Shown in pieces: positions 29,732 through 39,634 of a stretch of 64,000 bases of DNA (position 1 is its first letter; each line of letters starts with the position of its first letter). Position numbers and translations under genes: made by a program. Origin of the DNA: an uncultured Candidatus Saccharibacteria bacterium (GTDB lineage Bacteria; Patescibacteriota; Saccharimonadia; Saccharimonadales; JAGQNJ01). Under the pieces are notes generated by a model that did no database searches, was not told the origin of the DNA, and saw nothing but the letters and a program-made list of their open reading frames with translations. The DNA lies in the NCBI GenBank assembly GCA_964493895.1, contig CAZBPY010000002.1, positions 131,351-195,350 of the forward strand, in the 5' to 3' direction.

Positions 29732-30151
29732 CTAGAGGGCTCCTAAATCTTTCAAGGCTTGCCGAAAACCAATTAAGGCATCTTTGACATCCTGTTCTTT
29801 TAATTTCAAATCAGGATTGTCATACAGCTTTTTGCACAACTTGTGAGCAAACCACAATTCATCATTATCAGTAAATTTACGCTGAGCATTAACCAGCCGC
29901 TCACCCATAGTTTTACCTTTTATCCCGCGACGAATCATGGCTTTATCAAGCAGCTTGTCGGCGGCGAACAGCGCTTGTGGCCAGGTCTCCTTGGTCTTGC
30001 AATAAGCCTGGAGCTCCTTCCAGCGCTTTTGATATGACTTCTTACGCGGTTTGAGCGGTGCTCGGCGCAGAGAAAACTTTAGCGTTACTACCAGAACTGT
30101 TAAGCTGACGATCACAAAACCGATAATAGCGATGATTGCTTCCGGACTCAT
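29732..30151 (-). CDS. hypothetical single-pass membrane protein inserted between gatA and gatB
   Basis: N-terminal TM helix IIAIIGFVIVSLTVLVVTL, then a basic helical domain. Its ATG overlaps the gatA stop (ATGA at 30148-30151). Its TAG is 1 nt from the gatB ATG. Confidence 0.7.
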   Translation of the reverse strand: MSPEAIIAIIGFVIVSLTVLVVTLKFSLRRAPLKPRKKSYQKRWKELQAYCKTKETWPQALFAADKLLDKAMIRRGIKGKTMGERLVNAQRKFTDNDELWFAHKLCKKLYDNPDLKLKEQDVKDALIGFRQALKDLGAL

Positions 30152-31572
30152 TTAATTAGTTGCTCCCATTGATAACTTATTCCTAGTAAATCTCGGTCAT
30201 GGCCCTGCCGAGCCACAACTTGCAACCCAACCGGTAAATTATTACTTTTACCGGCCGGCAGGCTAATTCCCGGTATCCCAGCCAAGCTTGAACTGACCGT
30301 TAGACTGTCCTGCAGATACATATTAAGCGGATCTGAGGTCTTTTCACCAATCTTAAATGCGGTGGTTGGCGACACAGGACCGACCAGGAAATCCACCTTT
30401 TCAAAAGCCTTGTTGAACTCAGCGACCAATTTGGTTCGAACTGTCTGAGCTTTCTTATAGTAGGCATCGTAATATCCGCTCGACAATACATAAGCACCAA
30501 TCATTATCCGGCGCTTGGCTTCGCGGCCGAAGCCATTAGACCGACTTAACTCATAACTCTCATCGAGGTCTTTAGCGTCTTTGTCGCTATAAACATACCT
30601 TTGTCCATCGTATCGGCTAAGGTTGCTGCTGATTTCGGCTGGAGTGATTATGTAGTAACAGGCCAATGCCAGCGAAGTTGACGGCAGGCTGACTTCTGTG
30701 ATTTCGGCACCGGCCTTTTTTGCTTTAGAAATTGCCTCATCGACTACCTTTTTTACACCTGGATCAAGCCCGTCGCCCATCCACTCTTTAATGATGCCTA
30801 TTTTTTTACCATTCATATCGGGTGGCAGAGCAATGTAGGGGGTGTGATCACGTTCGATAGTAGTGCTGTCCAGAGGATCCTTGCCACTGATCACATCTAA
30901 CACCAAGGCAGCATCTTCAACCGTTCGTGTTAGCGGCCCAATGACGTCCGTACTGCTGGCCATAGCCACCACACCACTACGCGACACCAAGCCATAGGTC
31001 GGCTTCAATCCAACCACACCGCAAAAGCTAGCCGGCTGTCTAATTGAACCGCCGGTATCTGTACCCAGTGCAAACGGCACCACATCCAGGGCAACCGCAG
31101 CCGCCGAGCCACCAGACGACCCGCCCGGCACCCGCGTCTTGTCATGCGGGTTTTTAGTCGTAAAGAAGTCACTATTCTCAGTCGATGATCCGTGAGCGAA
31201 AGCATCCATGTTGGCCTTAGCGACACAAATCGCCCCCTCGGCCTCAAGCTTCTCGATAGCCGTAGCCTGATATGGGGCCTCAAATGGCTTTAGGATATTG
31301 CTGGCGGCTGTGGTTTTGCTGCCGAATGTCAGGAAGTTATCTTTAGCAATAAACGGCACACCAGCCAAACGTCCAACTGATAGGCCTTTTTTGACTTTCT
31401 GGTCAATTTCTTTAGCTTGCTTTAAGGCCCGGTTCTTAGTGTCAGAAACAGTCGTCTTAAAGTCCTTGTTATCGTCCAGTCTGCCTAGGGCGTCTTCCAC
31501 CATATCAACTGCAGATAACTGTCCGTTCTGGACTCCATCAGCAATAGCAACAATCGCCGGCCACTTCTTCAT
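30148..31572 (-). CDS. gatA: Asp-tRNA(Asn)/Glu-tRNA(Gln) amidotransferase subunit A
   Basis: Amidase signature GGSSGGSAAAV plus GTDTGGSIRQPA. Confidence 0.95.
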   Translation of the reverse strand: MKKWPAIVAIADGVQNGQLSAVDMVEDALGRLDDNKDFKTTVSDTKNRALKQAKEIDQKVKKGLSVGRLAGVPFIAKDNFLTFGSKTTAASNILKPFEAPYQATAIEKLEAEGAICVAKANMDAFAHGSSTENSDFFTTKNPHDKTRVPGGSSGGSAAAVALDVVPFALGTDTGGSIRQPASFCGVVGLKPTYGLVSRSGVVAMASSTDVIGPLTRTVEDAALVLDVISGKDPLDSTTIERDHTPYIALPPDMNGKKIGIIKEWMGDGLDPGVKKVVDEAISKAKKAGAEITEVSLPSTSLALACYYIITPAEISSNLSRYDGQRYVYSDKDAKDLDESYELSRSNGFGREAKRRIMIGAYVLSSGYYDAYYKKAQTVRTKLVAEFNKAFEKVDFLVGPVSPTTAFKIGEKTSDPLNMYLQDSLTVSSSLAGIPGISLPAGKSNNLPVGLQVVARQGHDRDLLGISYQWEQLIK

Positions 31573-31574
31573 GT

Positions 31575-31868
31575 CTAACCCAGAACCCGCTTAACTTTTA
31601 GCTGGTTACCCTCCTGGTTCGGAGCGTTTTTCAGTAGATCCTTTTGGCTGATACCATAATCAATTGGCTCGTCTTCACGCATGACATTCGTCAATCCGGT
31701 GACTTGCGATGTCGGCTCTAGACCGCTAGTATCTACTGCCGACAGCTGCTCGACATAGGTCAGGATTTCGGAAATTTCAGCACCAAACTGTTCGATTTCC
31801 TCATCAGTCAACCGTAACCGCGATAATCGGGCCAACTTTAAGACATCTTCTCTAGATAACTTCGCCAT
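31575..31868 (-). CDS. gatC: Asp-tRNA(Asn)/Glu-tRNA(Gln) amidotransferase subunit C
   Basis: MAKLSREDVLKLARLSRLRLTDEEIEQF is a typical GatC N-terminus. The track start at 31877 lies only 2 nt after the -10 box. Confidence 0.9.
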   Translation of the reverse strand: MAKLSREDVLKLARLSRLRLTDEEIEQFGAEISEILTYVEQLSAVDTSGLEPTSQVTGLTNVMREDEPIDYGISQKDLLKNAPNQEGNQLKVKRVLG

Positions 31869-31950
31869 CGGTACCATCTAGTATACCATCACTCCTTTGG
31901 TTACTAAAAAGCTTAAACTTACCAGCAATAAGGCGTACAATAAAACCAAT

Positions 31951-32829
31951 ATGGCACTTCAAGTAGCTAGACCGGAATTACAACTGGCTCAAGCTGAGTC
32001 GCCCTGGGGACCGGTCGACTACACCACCCGTCCGGCGGCTAAACCTACAGACGAGGTGCCGATTGTTATTATAAAAGGCTTTTGCGGCATTCCTGAGGCC
32101 TATCAAGATTTCCAAGACGGCCTATCTGACCTTGGTCGTCATGCCGTTAACCCCTACGTGCCAAGGTCGTTGCCGCTGCCGCACGAGCTGCATCCTGGCA
32201 ATTTATTGCACCCTCATCGATTGGCCTCCTATGGCACTAAGGCAGTCATGAAAGACTTGCATGATAATTTTGGTGTGGAGCAATTCGATCTGTTAGTCCA
32301 TTCCAAAGGCGGACGAGATGTGATGTGGGTAGCCAACCACTTGTCGGAATATATCCGTTCCGTAATTTTTATGGGCAGCGTCGGCACTGGCCACAATCAC
32401 TTATGGGATTTTCCTGACCGAATTGTTAACTTTGGCCGCCGCGAAATTCCAGCCATCGCTAAATTTGCTTGGGAGAAAAAGTCGTGGCGTCTATTGGGAT
32501 CGTTTGTCAACCATGTCGCTATCAGGCCTCATCGCACTATTGGCGAAGTCCTAACCATACACGACGCCAACTTACGCGGTCGTATACAGGCTCTTGGCTT
32601 TTTAGGTGTTAATACAGCCGTCCTGGAAATGGCTAATGACACCTTGATACCGCCCGAGGATACAGACCCTAAGATCATAGCTGAAGCTGACTTACATGAG
32701 ACGTTTGAAACCGGAAAGGCAATTCATGCTGCGCCTATCACCCAGCCAAGAGAAGTCGCCAACCAGGTTGTGAAAATATTTGAACAGCTAAAGGATCCGG
32801 ATTTGCCAAAAAGGGGTTGGGCGGCTTAG
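31951..32829 (+). CDS. alpha/beta-fold hydrolase (esterase/lipase-like)
   Basis: Nucleophile-elbow-like LLVHSKGG with a beta-strand/helix alternation. The track start is TTG 31897; ATG 31951 is preceded by TACAAT. Confidence 0.6.
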   Translation: MALQVARPELQLAQAESPWGPVDYTTRPAAKPTDEVPIVIIKGFCGIPEAYQDFQDGLSDLGRHAVNPYVPRSLPLPHELHPGNLLHPHRLASYGTKAVMKDLHDNFGVEQFDLLVHSKGGRDVMWVANHLSEYIRSVIFMGSVGTGHNHLWDFPDRIVNFGRREIPAIAKFAWEKKSWRLLGSFVNHVAIRPHRTIGEVLTIHDANLRGRIQALGFLGVNTAVLEMANDTLIPPEDTDPKIIAEADLHETFETGKAIHAAPITQPREVANQVVKIFEQLKDPDLPKRGWAA

Positions 32830-34787
32830 ACTTTTTTCTTGATATCCGAAATAATGTCGCGTAGTTCAGCTGCCTTTTCAAACTCCAAATTGGCCGCCGC
32901 CAAGTCCATCTGGGCCGTCAGATCCCGAATCATAGCCCCGTACTCTTCTTTTGGAATTTTCTTCAGATCAAGTTTCTTCGGTTTGTTACGCTCCTCTTCA
33001 CTGCGCATGCTATCTTCGATTGCTTTAGCCACACCTTTTGGAGTAATGCCGTGCTTTTGGTTGTAGTCTTCTTGGATTCGGCGTCGACGGTTGGTTTCAT
33101 CGATGGCTCGTTTCATACTGCCGGTGACCTGGTCGGCATACATAATAACGTGACCTTCAACATGACGAGCTGCCCGGCCAATCGTTTGAATCAAGGCTGA
33201 TTCTGACCTTAGAAAACCTTCTTTATCAGCGTCCAGAATGGCTACCAGGCTAACTTCCGGCAGATCAAGCCCTTCGCGTAACAAATTTATACCAACCACT
33301 ACATCATATGTGCCCAGCCGCAGATCGCGAAGGATATCCGTCCTCTCTAGAGTATCGATGTCGCTATGCAAGTAGGTCACTTTAATGTTTATATCCTTTA
33401 GGTAATCAGTTAAGTCTTCAGCCATGCGCTTGGTTAGGGTGGTCACCAGTACCCGCTGGCGCTTTTCGACAGTTTGCTTGATTTCTTCGATTAGATCATC
33501 AATCTGGCCATCAACCGGGCGAACCTCGATGGGCGGGTCAATCAGGCCTGTCGGGCGAATTACCTGCTCTATAGGTGCCGGACTGCGGCCAAGTTCATAA
33601 TCAGCCGGTGTAGCACTAACGTAAACAACTTTGTTGATGTGACGTTCAAATTCGCTAAAGGTCAATGGCCGGTTGTCGAGGGCACTGGGCAGTCTAAAGC
33701 CGTGCTCTACCAAGACTTCTTTGCGCGCCCGGTCACCGTTATACATACCGCGCACTTGCGGAATGGTCATGTGCGACTCGTCAATAAACATTAAGTAGTC
33801 GTCTGGAAAATAATCCAACAGTGTGGCCGGCTGCTCACCCTCCTCGCGGTTAGTCAGATAGCGGCTATAGTTCTCGATGCCCTTTACAAAGCCGGTTTCC
33901 TCCAGCATTTCTAAGTCAAAATTGGTCCGTTGTTCCAGGCGCTGAGCCTCCAATAACAAGCCGTTTTGCTTGAAATAGCGCAGCCGCTGTTCCAATTCTC
34001 GGCGGATATTACTTATGGCCATCTTCAGCTTCATCTCCGGTGTGACGTAGTGCGAAGACGGAAAAATCTTAATCGAATTCAATTTTTCAATAATTTCACC
34101 GGTAAGCGGATCAACTTTTAATATCCTCTCGATCTCGTCGCCAAAAAATTCAATCCGATAACCAAACTCTTCAGAGGCCGGGAAAACATCGACCACATCA
34201 CCCCTGACTCGAAAAGTTCCCCGGTGAAAATCGAGGTCGTTACGTTGATACTGGATATCGGTCAATAGGCGCAGGAATTTATCTCGTATCCGTCGCTCAC
34301 CGGCTTTGGCTTCAACAGCCATGGAATCATAGTCAGATGGTGATCCGATGCCGTAAATACAGCTAACCGAAGCTACAATCAGAACATCACGCCGGCTTAA
34401 CAAAGAGTCAGTGGCGGCGTGACGTAACCGATCGATCTCTTCATTTATCTGCGAGTCTTTTTCGATATAGGTGTCGCTGCGCGGAATATAGGCCTCGGGC
34501 TGATAATAATCAAAATAGCTGACAAAATAGTGAACGGCGTTGTTTGGGAAGAATTGCTTAAACTCATTGTACAGCTGAGCCGCCAAAGTCTTGTTGTGAG
34601 CCAGGACCAGTGTTGGCTTTTGTACCTGCAGGACAACATTAGCCATGGTAAAGGTCTTCCCCGATCCGGTCACGCCCAGCAAAGTCTGCTCTTTGGCGTC
34701 CTGATTCAAGCCCTTCACCAAAGCCTCGATCGCCTTCGGTTGATCGCCGGTTGGCTTGTACTTAGAGGTCAGCCTGAATTTAGCCAT
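32826..34787 (-). CDS. uvrB: excinuclease ABC subunit B
   Basis: Walker [17 protein letters not shown] box (IDESHMT), helicase motifs, and a C-terminal UVR motif [11 protein letters not shown]. Confidence 0.96.
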   Translation of the reverse strand: MAKFRLTSKYKPTGDQPKAIEALVKGLNQDAKEQTLLGVTGSGKTFTMANVVLQVQKPTLVLAHNKTLAAQLYNEFKQFFPNNAVHYFVSYFDYYQPEAYIPRSDTYIEKDSQINEEIDRLRHAATDSLLSRRDVLIVASVSCIYGIGSPSDYDSMAVEAKAGERRIRDKFLRLLTDIQYQRNDLDFHRGTFRVRGDVVDVFPASEEFGYRIEFFGDEIERILKVDPLTGEIIEKLNSIKIFPSSHYVTPEMKLKMAISNIRRELEQRLRYFKQNGLLLEAQRLEQRTNFDLEMLEETGFVKGIENYSRYLTNREEGEQPATLLDYFPDDYLMFIDESHMTIPQVRGMYNGDRARKEVLVEHGFRLPSALDNRPLTFSEFERHINKVVYVSATPADYELGRSPAPIEQVIRPTGLIDPPIEVRPVDGQIDDLIEEIKQTVEKRQRVLVTTLTKRMAEDLTDYLKDINIKVTYLHSDIDTLERTDILRDLRLGTYDVVVGINLLREGLDLPEVSLVAILDADKEGFLRSESALIQTIGRAARHVEGHVIMYADQVTGSMKRAIDETNRRRRIQEDYNQKHGITPKGVAKAIEDSMRSEEERNKPKKLDLKKIPKEEYGAMIRDLTAQMDLAAANLEFEKAAELRDIISDIKKKV

Positions 34788-34805
34788 CCTCTTATTCTAA
34801 CAGGT

Positions 34806-35486
34806 TTATTTCTTCTTTTTGCTACCCGGCTGTAGATACCAAAACTGGTCAGGCTGGGTAAATTCTGCTAAAAGATCGTCGTGCTTTTCTTTTAGGATGG
34901 CTTCGATTTTGGCCACAAGCTCGTCGGGGTCATCGTCATAAACTACCAGGGACTTTTTGGGAGGCTCCAGAATTTCCATCAGTTGAGGAATAACATCGGC
35001 TGTTCCGCCAGTACCAATTAAAATACCGCAGGGTTTGCCCTCTTCGATAGCTGAAGTAAATTCGTGCAAAGAACCAAACCGTCCCCCTACGGTTATAACG
35101 GCATCACTGGATTGAATCAGATAAAGGTCGCGGCCGACATAGTCCATGCCGGTAAAGTTTAAAAAGTCATAATGTTTGTATGGTAAGCGGTACTTGCGGA
35201 TATGCTCTCGCAAACTCGAAGCTGGTGAGAAACCAACGCACATGCCACCGTGGGCCTTGGCTCCTTCAGCGGCAGCTTCGCCAAGCCCGCGGGAGGCACC
35301 GGTAGTTAGAATATGTCCTTTTCGGGCGATGGCTCGGCCAAGCTCCATGGCCTCATCGGCAGAAGTTTCGACAGTCCGGCCATCGGCGGCACCGCTAACG
35401 CAAATGGTAAATCGCAGTTCGATGACAGTTTTATCTCCCTGGCGACGCTCTTGAAACAGATAGCTCTTAGTTCGCTGGCGGCTCAT
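34806..35486 (-). CDS. SLOG-superfamily Rossmann protein (TIGR00725/LOG-like)
   Basis: ICVSGAA...ILTTGASRGLGEAAAEGAKAHGGMCVGFSP...ITVGGRFGSLHEF...GILIGTGG matches the LOG/TIGR00725 pattern (GGxxGxMxA...GG, PGGxGTxxE-like). Confidence 0.7.
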   Translation of the reverse strand: MSRQRTKSYLFQERRQGDKTVIELRFTICVSGAADGRTVETSADEAMELGRAIARKGHILTTGASRGLGEAAAEGAKAHGGMCVGFSPASSLREHIRKYRLPYKHYDFLNFTGMDYVGRDLYLIQSSDAVITVGGRFGSLHEFTSAIEEGKPCGILIGTGGTADVIPQLMEILEPPKKSLVVYDDDPDELVAKIEAILKEKHDDLLAEFTQPDQFWYLQPGSKKKK

Positions 35487-36736
35487 AGACTTGGCTCCAG
35501 CTCGCTTGGATCAATCATGTCATTATCCAGCTGCTCAAGTATTTGCTCTTCTAGGTTTTGCTGGCCCATATAACGAATAAAAATCTCGTTCCATAAAGAT
35601 TCTCGGAAATGATAGACATAACGCTTTTCAAATGGCTCTTCATTAGAGTAAGCAAAGGCCACATCCATAAGATTGAGGGCCACAGGATCAACACCGGCTC
35701 GGACTGGCCTAGCCACATAATCCAAATCTAACCAAAACTCCAGCTCCGGGTCTAGATCATACAGGGCATCAACGGCTCGACGCCAGTGCAAATCCTCCGG
35801 TTGAACGTGCGGTTGAAAGGCTTCATGGTGCGATTTGTCCTTGTGACGACCTAGGTATTGTTGAATTACTTGCCACTGAATATCTTGACCGGCAACTTTT
35901 GCTGCTGTGGTTTTGCCAATTAAAGTATCGATGATAGTTTTACCGAAATTAGGCTGGGTCGACTTTAACTTGAAAAAGGCGCTGTACAAACGGATCTCAT
36001 TTATGTAATGAAACAATAGCGACATAGTTTTAAGGGGCAGACCCCGCATGTGCTCTTGTTCCATGGGCATGACGATAATCACGCCCAACTCCTTGACATG
36101 AGTCACGTTGTGAAGCTTTTTCTTCGCAAACGGCGCGGCCAAATCAACCCATTTGTCGTGATCCATGATGACGATTTTGATGTTGCGCTCTTGAAAATCA
36201 GAGGCCTTAACCGATTTAAATAACTCATTGTACTGATTCAGCCAATCGGCACCCTCAGAAAAACGCAGCGCCGCGTACATTTCGTCAAACGGCTCGTTTT
36301 TGAGCATACTGTCAATCGATCGATAGCCGAGATGTTTCATCATCTGCTTTGGCGGCATCTTTTTAAGCAACTTTTTAGCAGCCGACCTTTTAAGTGCCCA
36401 GCATCTGCGCGGCACTTTGGCCTTTTCCACTACATCTACCATGGGCGGCACGAGATCGCGAATTAAGGTAGTCTTTTTCGGCAGTTTGAGGACTTCTTCA
36501 ATAATCCGTTCGTTGTCTCGCGCCACCCGGGTTTCCAAGGCGTAATATAGCTCTTGTGGTGTCGTATCATCCTGATCCAGACCCAGTTCCTTAGTTTTCA
36601 TCTGTACTTTGCCGACAATTTCAGCCGCCAAACGAATATCAGCGCTAGGATTACCACTAGCTTTCTCTAGCTGCCTAAGCGCGTTGGTAAACATTGGTTC
36701 TTGGGCCAATAGTAACTCTGATAACAACTTGCTCAT
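35483..36736 (-). CDS. hypothetical 417-aa protein, unknown family
   Basis: A long clean ORF. Its stop overlaps the SLOG gene start (4-nt overlap at 35483-35486), and it lies 34 nt downstream of the pfkB-family gene. It is soluble and I recognise no motif. Confidence 0.75.
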   Translation of the reverse strand: MSKLLSELLLAQEPMFTNALRQLEKASGNPSADIRLAAEIVGKVQMKTKELGLDQDDTTPQELYYALETRVARDNERIIEEVLKLPKKTTLIRDLVPPMVDVVEKAKVPRRCWALKRSAAKKLLKKMPPKQMMKHLGYRSIDSMLKNEPFDEMYAALRFSEGADWLNQYNELFKSVKASDFQERNIKIVIMDHDKWVDLAAPFAKKKLHNVTHVKELGVIIVMPMEQEHMRGLPLKTMSLLFHYINEIRLYSAFFKLKSTQPNFGKTIIDTLIGKTTAAKVAGQDIQWQVIQQYLGRHKDKSHHEAFQPHVQPEDLHWRRAVDALYDLDPELEFWLDLDYVARPVRAGVDPVALNLMDVAFAYSNEEPFEKRYVYHFRESLWNEIFIRYMGQQNLEEQILEQLDNDMIDPSELEPSL

Positions 36737-36770
36737 GCTTATTTCTAGCTTATCACTACCCCTGGACTTA

Positions 36771-37739
36771 TCAAAGCTCGGTTACTTTGATCGGCATGCT
36801 GTGCAGCCGCCTGCTGGCTGGCAGGATACCAGTTTTCGATCCAATTTTACCTACTACACTAGTTGAATTAGCACTACCCAGAGTCAAAGCCTGCTCGAGA
36901 TTGTCGCCTCGGGCCACAGCCGCCACAAAGCCACTAGTAAAAGCATCCCCGGCTCCCAAGCGGTCAATAACCGGCACATCCTCATACATGCCGGCTCTGT
37001 ATAGCTTTTGGCCATCACAAGCTATTGAACCCTTGGGGCCATCAGTCACCAACACTATCGGCACAAGTTTAGCAGCCGCCGCGGCTAATTCTTCCAGGCT
37101 TTCACCCCTAAATAGCAGCTGCATTTCTTCCTTGTTAAGGCTTAAGATAGTGAATTTGGGCAACAGTTCTTTGAACAGCTTTTTCTCTTTAAGCTCGCCC
37201 TTACCCGGATTTATGGCCACCCTAATATCATGTTTGTGAGCATAAGCCATAATGGTTTTTAAAGCCGCAATGTCGCCAGACAGCGAGCTGATATAAATCC
37301 AATCAGCGGTTTGATTAAAGAAGTCAGACTCTTTTAGTCGGTATTGGCTCGATGCGCCCCTGTAGGTGAGGACTGTTCGCTCACCATTTGGCGATAAAAG
37401 AATGGCTGAAAAGCCAGTACCAAAATCTTTATGGTAGCCAACTAATGATGTATCAACATTGTCCTGTCTTAGAGTTTCTAGGACCACTTTGCCGGGCACA
37501 TCATCACCGATTTTTCCCATGTATAGACTTCTAAGTCCTTGTCGGGCGAAGGTCACGGCAGCATTAGTGGCACCGCCACCGACGCTGTGAGTGATAGCCT
37601 CGACTTCGTTCTTGCTACCTAGTTCAAACTCATTAACCAAGTCGCCATCGGCTTCACGGTGAGGTTCGAAGATCCGGCCGCGCAAAATCACATCCTGAAC
37701 GGCTGCCCCAATTGAGATAATTTTAACCAACTTAGCCAA
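36771..37739 (-). CDS. PfkB-family carbohydrate/nucleoside kinase
   Basis: GGGATNAA and the C-terminal signature DRLGAGDAFTSGFV. Confidence 0.85.
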   Translation of the reverse strand: MAKLVKIISIGAAVQDVILRGRIFEPHREADGDLVNEFELGSKNEVEAITHSVGGGATNAAVTFARQGLRSLYMGKIGDDVPGKVVLETLRQDNVDTSLVGYHKDFGTGFSAILLSPNGERTVLTYRGASSQYRLKESDFFNQTADWIYISSLSGDIAALKTIMAYAHKHDIRVAINPGKGELKEKKLFKELLPKFTILSLNKEEMQLLFRGESLEELAAAAAKLVPIVLVTDGPKGSIACDGQKLYRAGMYEDVPVIDRLGAGDAFTSGFVAAVARGDNLEQALTLGSANSTSVVGKIGSKTGILPASRRLHSMPIKVTEL

Positions 37740-37742
37740 TTC

Positions 37743-38654
37743 TTACCCCTTTATTGCCTTCCCTTTTGTGCCAAACATTTGAATTTTTTTCTCGACCACC
37801 TCTTGCACTTCTTCGATCACTTTGCCCATCAACTTAACAACGGCGTATTCATCCTTGTTATCAGCCAGGACTTTTTCCAGAGTCTTGCGATAAGCAATTC
37901 TCATGTCAGAATTGATATTTACCTTACTAACTCCAATTTTGACTGCTTCTTCAAAATAATGAGCCGGCGTACCGCTGCCGCCGTGCAAACTGATATTGCA
38001 ATCGATAACTTCACGAATCTCCTTTAAAAGATTAATGTCTAACCTCTTAGGTACCGGATACTTCCCATGCAAATTACCTATCGAAGCAGCGTAGGTATCA
38101 ATTCCGGTTCTTTTGACAAAATCTTTGGCACTTTCCGGAGTGCTAAGGGTTTTTCGGACAGCCTCGTAGTCGATTTTTTCTTTGTGTAAATTAGAACTAC
38201 CGGCAAAATAATGCTGCTCGCTTTCAACCAGCGCGCCGGTTTTTTTTGCGTAGTCAACAACTTTTTTGGTGGCTTTGATAATGGCCTCATTCGATGCTTC
38301 GTGATCAACCTGAGTAATATCAATGTGGATAAATTCATAGCCGGCATCAATCGCTTCCTGGCAGGCTTCGACTGTCGGACTGTGGTCCAAGTTGATAAAC
38401 ATCTCGATACCATACTCTGCTTTATAGTTATCTACCAGATCACGGACATTTTCCAGGCCCATGGCTTCGACTTCGCTCTTGCTGACCTCAACAAGCACTG
38501 GTGCGTTCATAGTCTTGGCTGCCCTAGCCACGGCAATCAGCGTTTCCTGGTTATCCAAATTGAAAGAACCAACAGCAAATTTGCCCTTCCGCGAGCGCTC
38601 CATCAGAGCCCGGGCTTTAATACAATTCGATCGCATTTCGCTTAGTGTCGGCAT
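37743..38654 (-). CDS. fba: class II fructose-bisphosphate (ketose-bisphosphate) aldolase
   Basis: FAVGSFNLDN, INLDHS, SLHGGSG and KVNINSD (metal/phosphate-binding motifs). Confidence 0.88.
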   Translation of the reverse strand: MPTLSEMRSNCIKARALMERSRKGKFAVGSFNLDNQETLIAVARAAKTMNAPVLVEVSKSEVEAMGLENVRDLVDNYKAEYGIEMFINLDHSPTVEACQEAIDAGYEFIHIDITQVDHEASNEAIIKATKKVVDYAKKTGALVESEQHYFAGSSNLHKEKIDYEAVRKTLSTPESAKDFVKRTGIDTYAASIGNLHGKYPVPKRLDINLLKEIREVIDCNISLHGGSGTPAHYFEEAVKIGVSKVNINSDMRIAYRKTLEKVLADNKDEYAVVKLMGKVIEEVQEVVEKKIQMFGTKGKAIKG

Positions 38655-39634
38655 TAACTGGAACCTTTCATAAGTTCATGAGCGGCAGCAGCAATATGCT
38701 TTGGTGCCAAGCCGTAGTGTTCTAATAGTTGTTTCGGCGGGCCGGATTGACCGAATTTATCATTGACACCTATTCGTCTTAGCGGCACTGGCAGGTGTTC
38801 CCCCAATAGCTCGGCCACGGCTCCGCCTAGCCCGCCAGTAATTTGATGTTCTTCAACAGTGATAACGCGACGGGTTTTCTTAACGCTGGGCAAAATTGTG
38901 ATAGCATCCAGAGGCTTGATGGTTGGACAGTGGATAACTTCGGCGTCAATGCCGTGCTTGAATAGATCTTCAGCAGCTTGCAGGGCTACAGATGTCATTG
39001 TGCCGGTCGATATGATTGTTACATCGCTGCCGTGATCAAAAACGTATGCCTTACCAATCTCAAACGGTGTGTTTTTAGTAGTAATAACCGGTATAGCTTC
39101 GCGAGCAATCCGCATATAATTAGGCCGCTTGTCACGAACCATGGCCAAAGTCATTTTTTCAGCTTCAATAGCGTCACACGGCGCAAGGACAACCATATTC
39201 GGTAAGGCCCGCATCAAGGCAATATCCTCCAACATCTGATGGGTTGCTCCGTCAGCTCCAGTGTACAGACCAGCGTGTGCCCCTATAATCTTGACTGGTC
39301 GGTTATTTAAACAAATGGTTGTTCGAATTTGTTCCCAGTTACGGCCCGGGCTAAAAGCGGCATAACTGCTGACAAACGGTATCTTGCCTTCAGCCGCCAA
39401 GCCCGAACCGACTGTGACTAAGTTCTGCTCGGCTACCCCGATTTCAACATATCTATCTGGAAATTCATCGGCAAACAAACTAATTTGTGTAGACTCTGTC
39501 AGATCGGCACACAAGGCCACCACCCGTTCGTCAATTTGGCCGGCTTTTAGTAGACCCTGGCCAAAACCTTTGCGGTTAGGGACTAGCTCGACATCTTTGG
39601 ATAGCCGTTTTGGATTGAGATGCATATCACTCAT
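38654..39634 (-). CDS. transketolase, C-terminal subunit (pyrimidine-binding plus C-terminal domains)
   Basis: EIGVAEQN, DGATHQ and the usual domain order. It overlaps the N-terminal subunit gene by 8 nt. Confidence 0.9.
   Translation of the reverse strand: MSDMHLNPKRLSKDVELVPNRKGFGQGLLKAGQIDERVVALCADLTESTQISLFADEFPDRYVEIGVAEQNLVTVGSGLAAEGKIPFVSSYAAFSPGRNWEQIRTTICLNNRPVKIIGAHAGLYTGADGATHQMLEDIALMRALPNMVVLAPCDAIEAEKMTLAMVRDKRPNYMRIAREAIPVITTKNTPFEIGKAYVFDHGSDVTIISTGTMTSVALQAAEDLFKHGIDAEVIHCPTIKPLDAITILPSVKKTRRVITVEEHQITGGLGGAVAELLGEHLPVPLRRIGVNDKFGQSGPPKQLLEHYGLAPKHIAAAAHELMKGSS

Noticed and set aside
34806-35486. I considered the SLOG/LOG-like protein as part of an anti-phage nucleotide-signalling defence system.
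   Set aside because: There is no adjacent effector (nuclease, TIR, TM pore, protease), cyclase or sensor. The gene is embedded in a tightly packed central-metabolism operon ending in uvrB. A metabolic role fits the context better, but this remains open, as noted in the findings.
36694-37239. Long antisense ORFs lie inside well-supported genes. Examples are 36694-37239 (+) in pfkB, 38211-38645 (+) in fba, 22350-22775 (-) in trmH, 58969-59421 (-) in the ABC ATPase, 10765-11169 (+) in clpC and 6106-6426 (-) in the PBP gene.
   Set aside because: Each is fully contained in, and antisense to, a gene with clear family motifs. Their translations lack motifs and have skewed composition typical of shadow frames.
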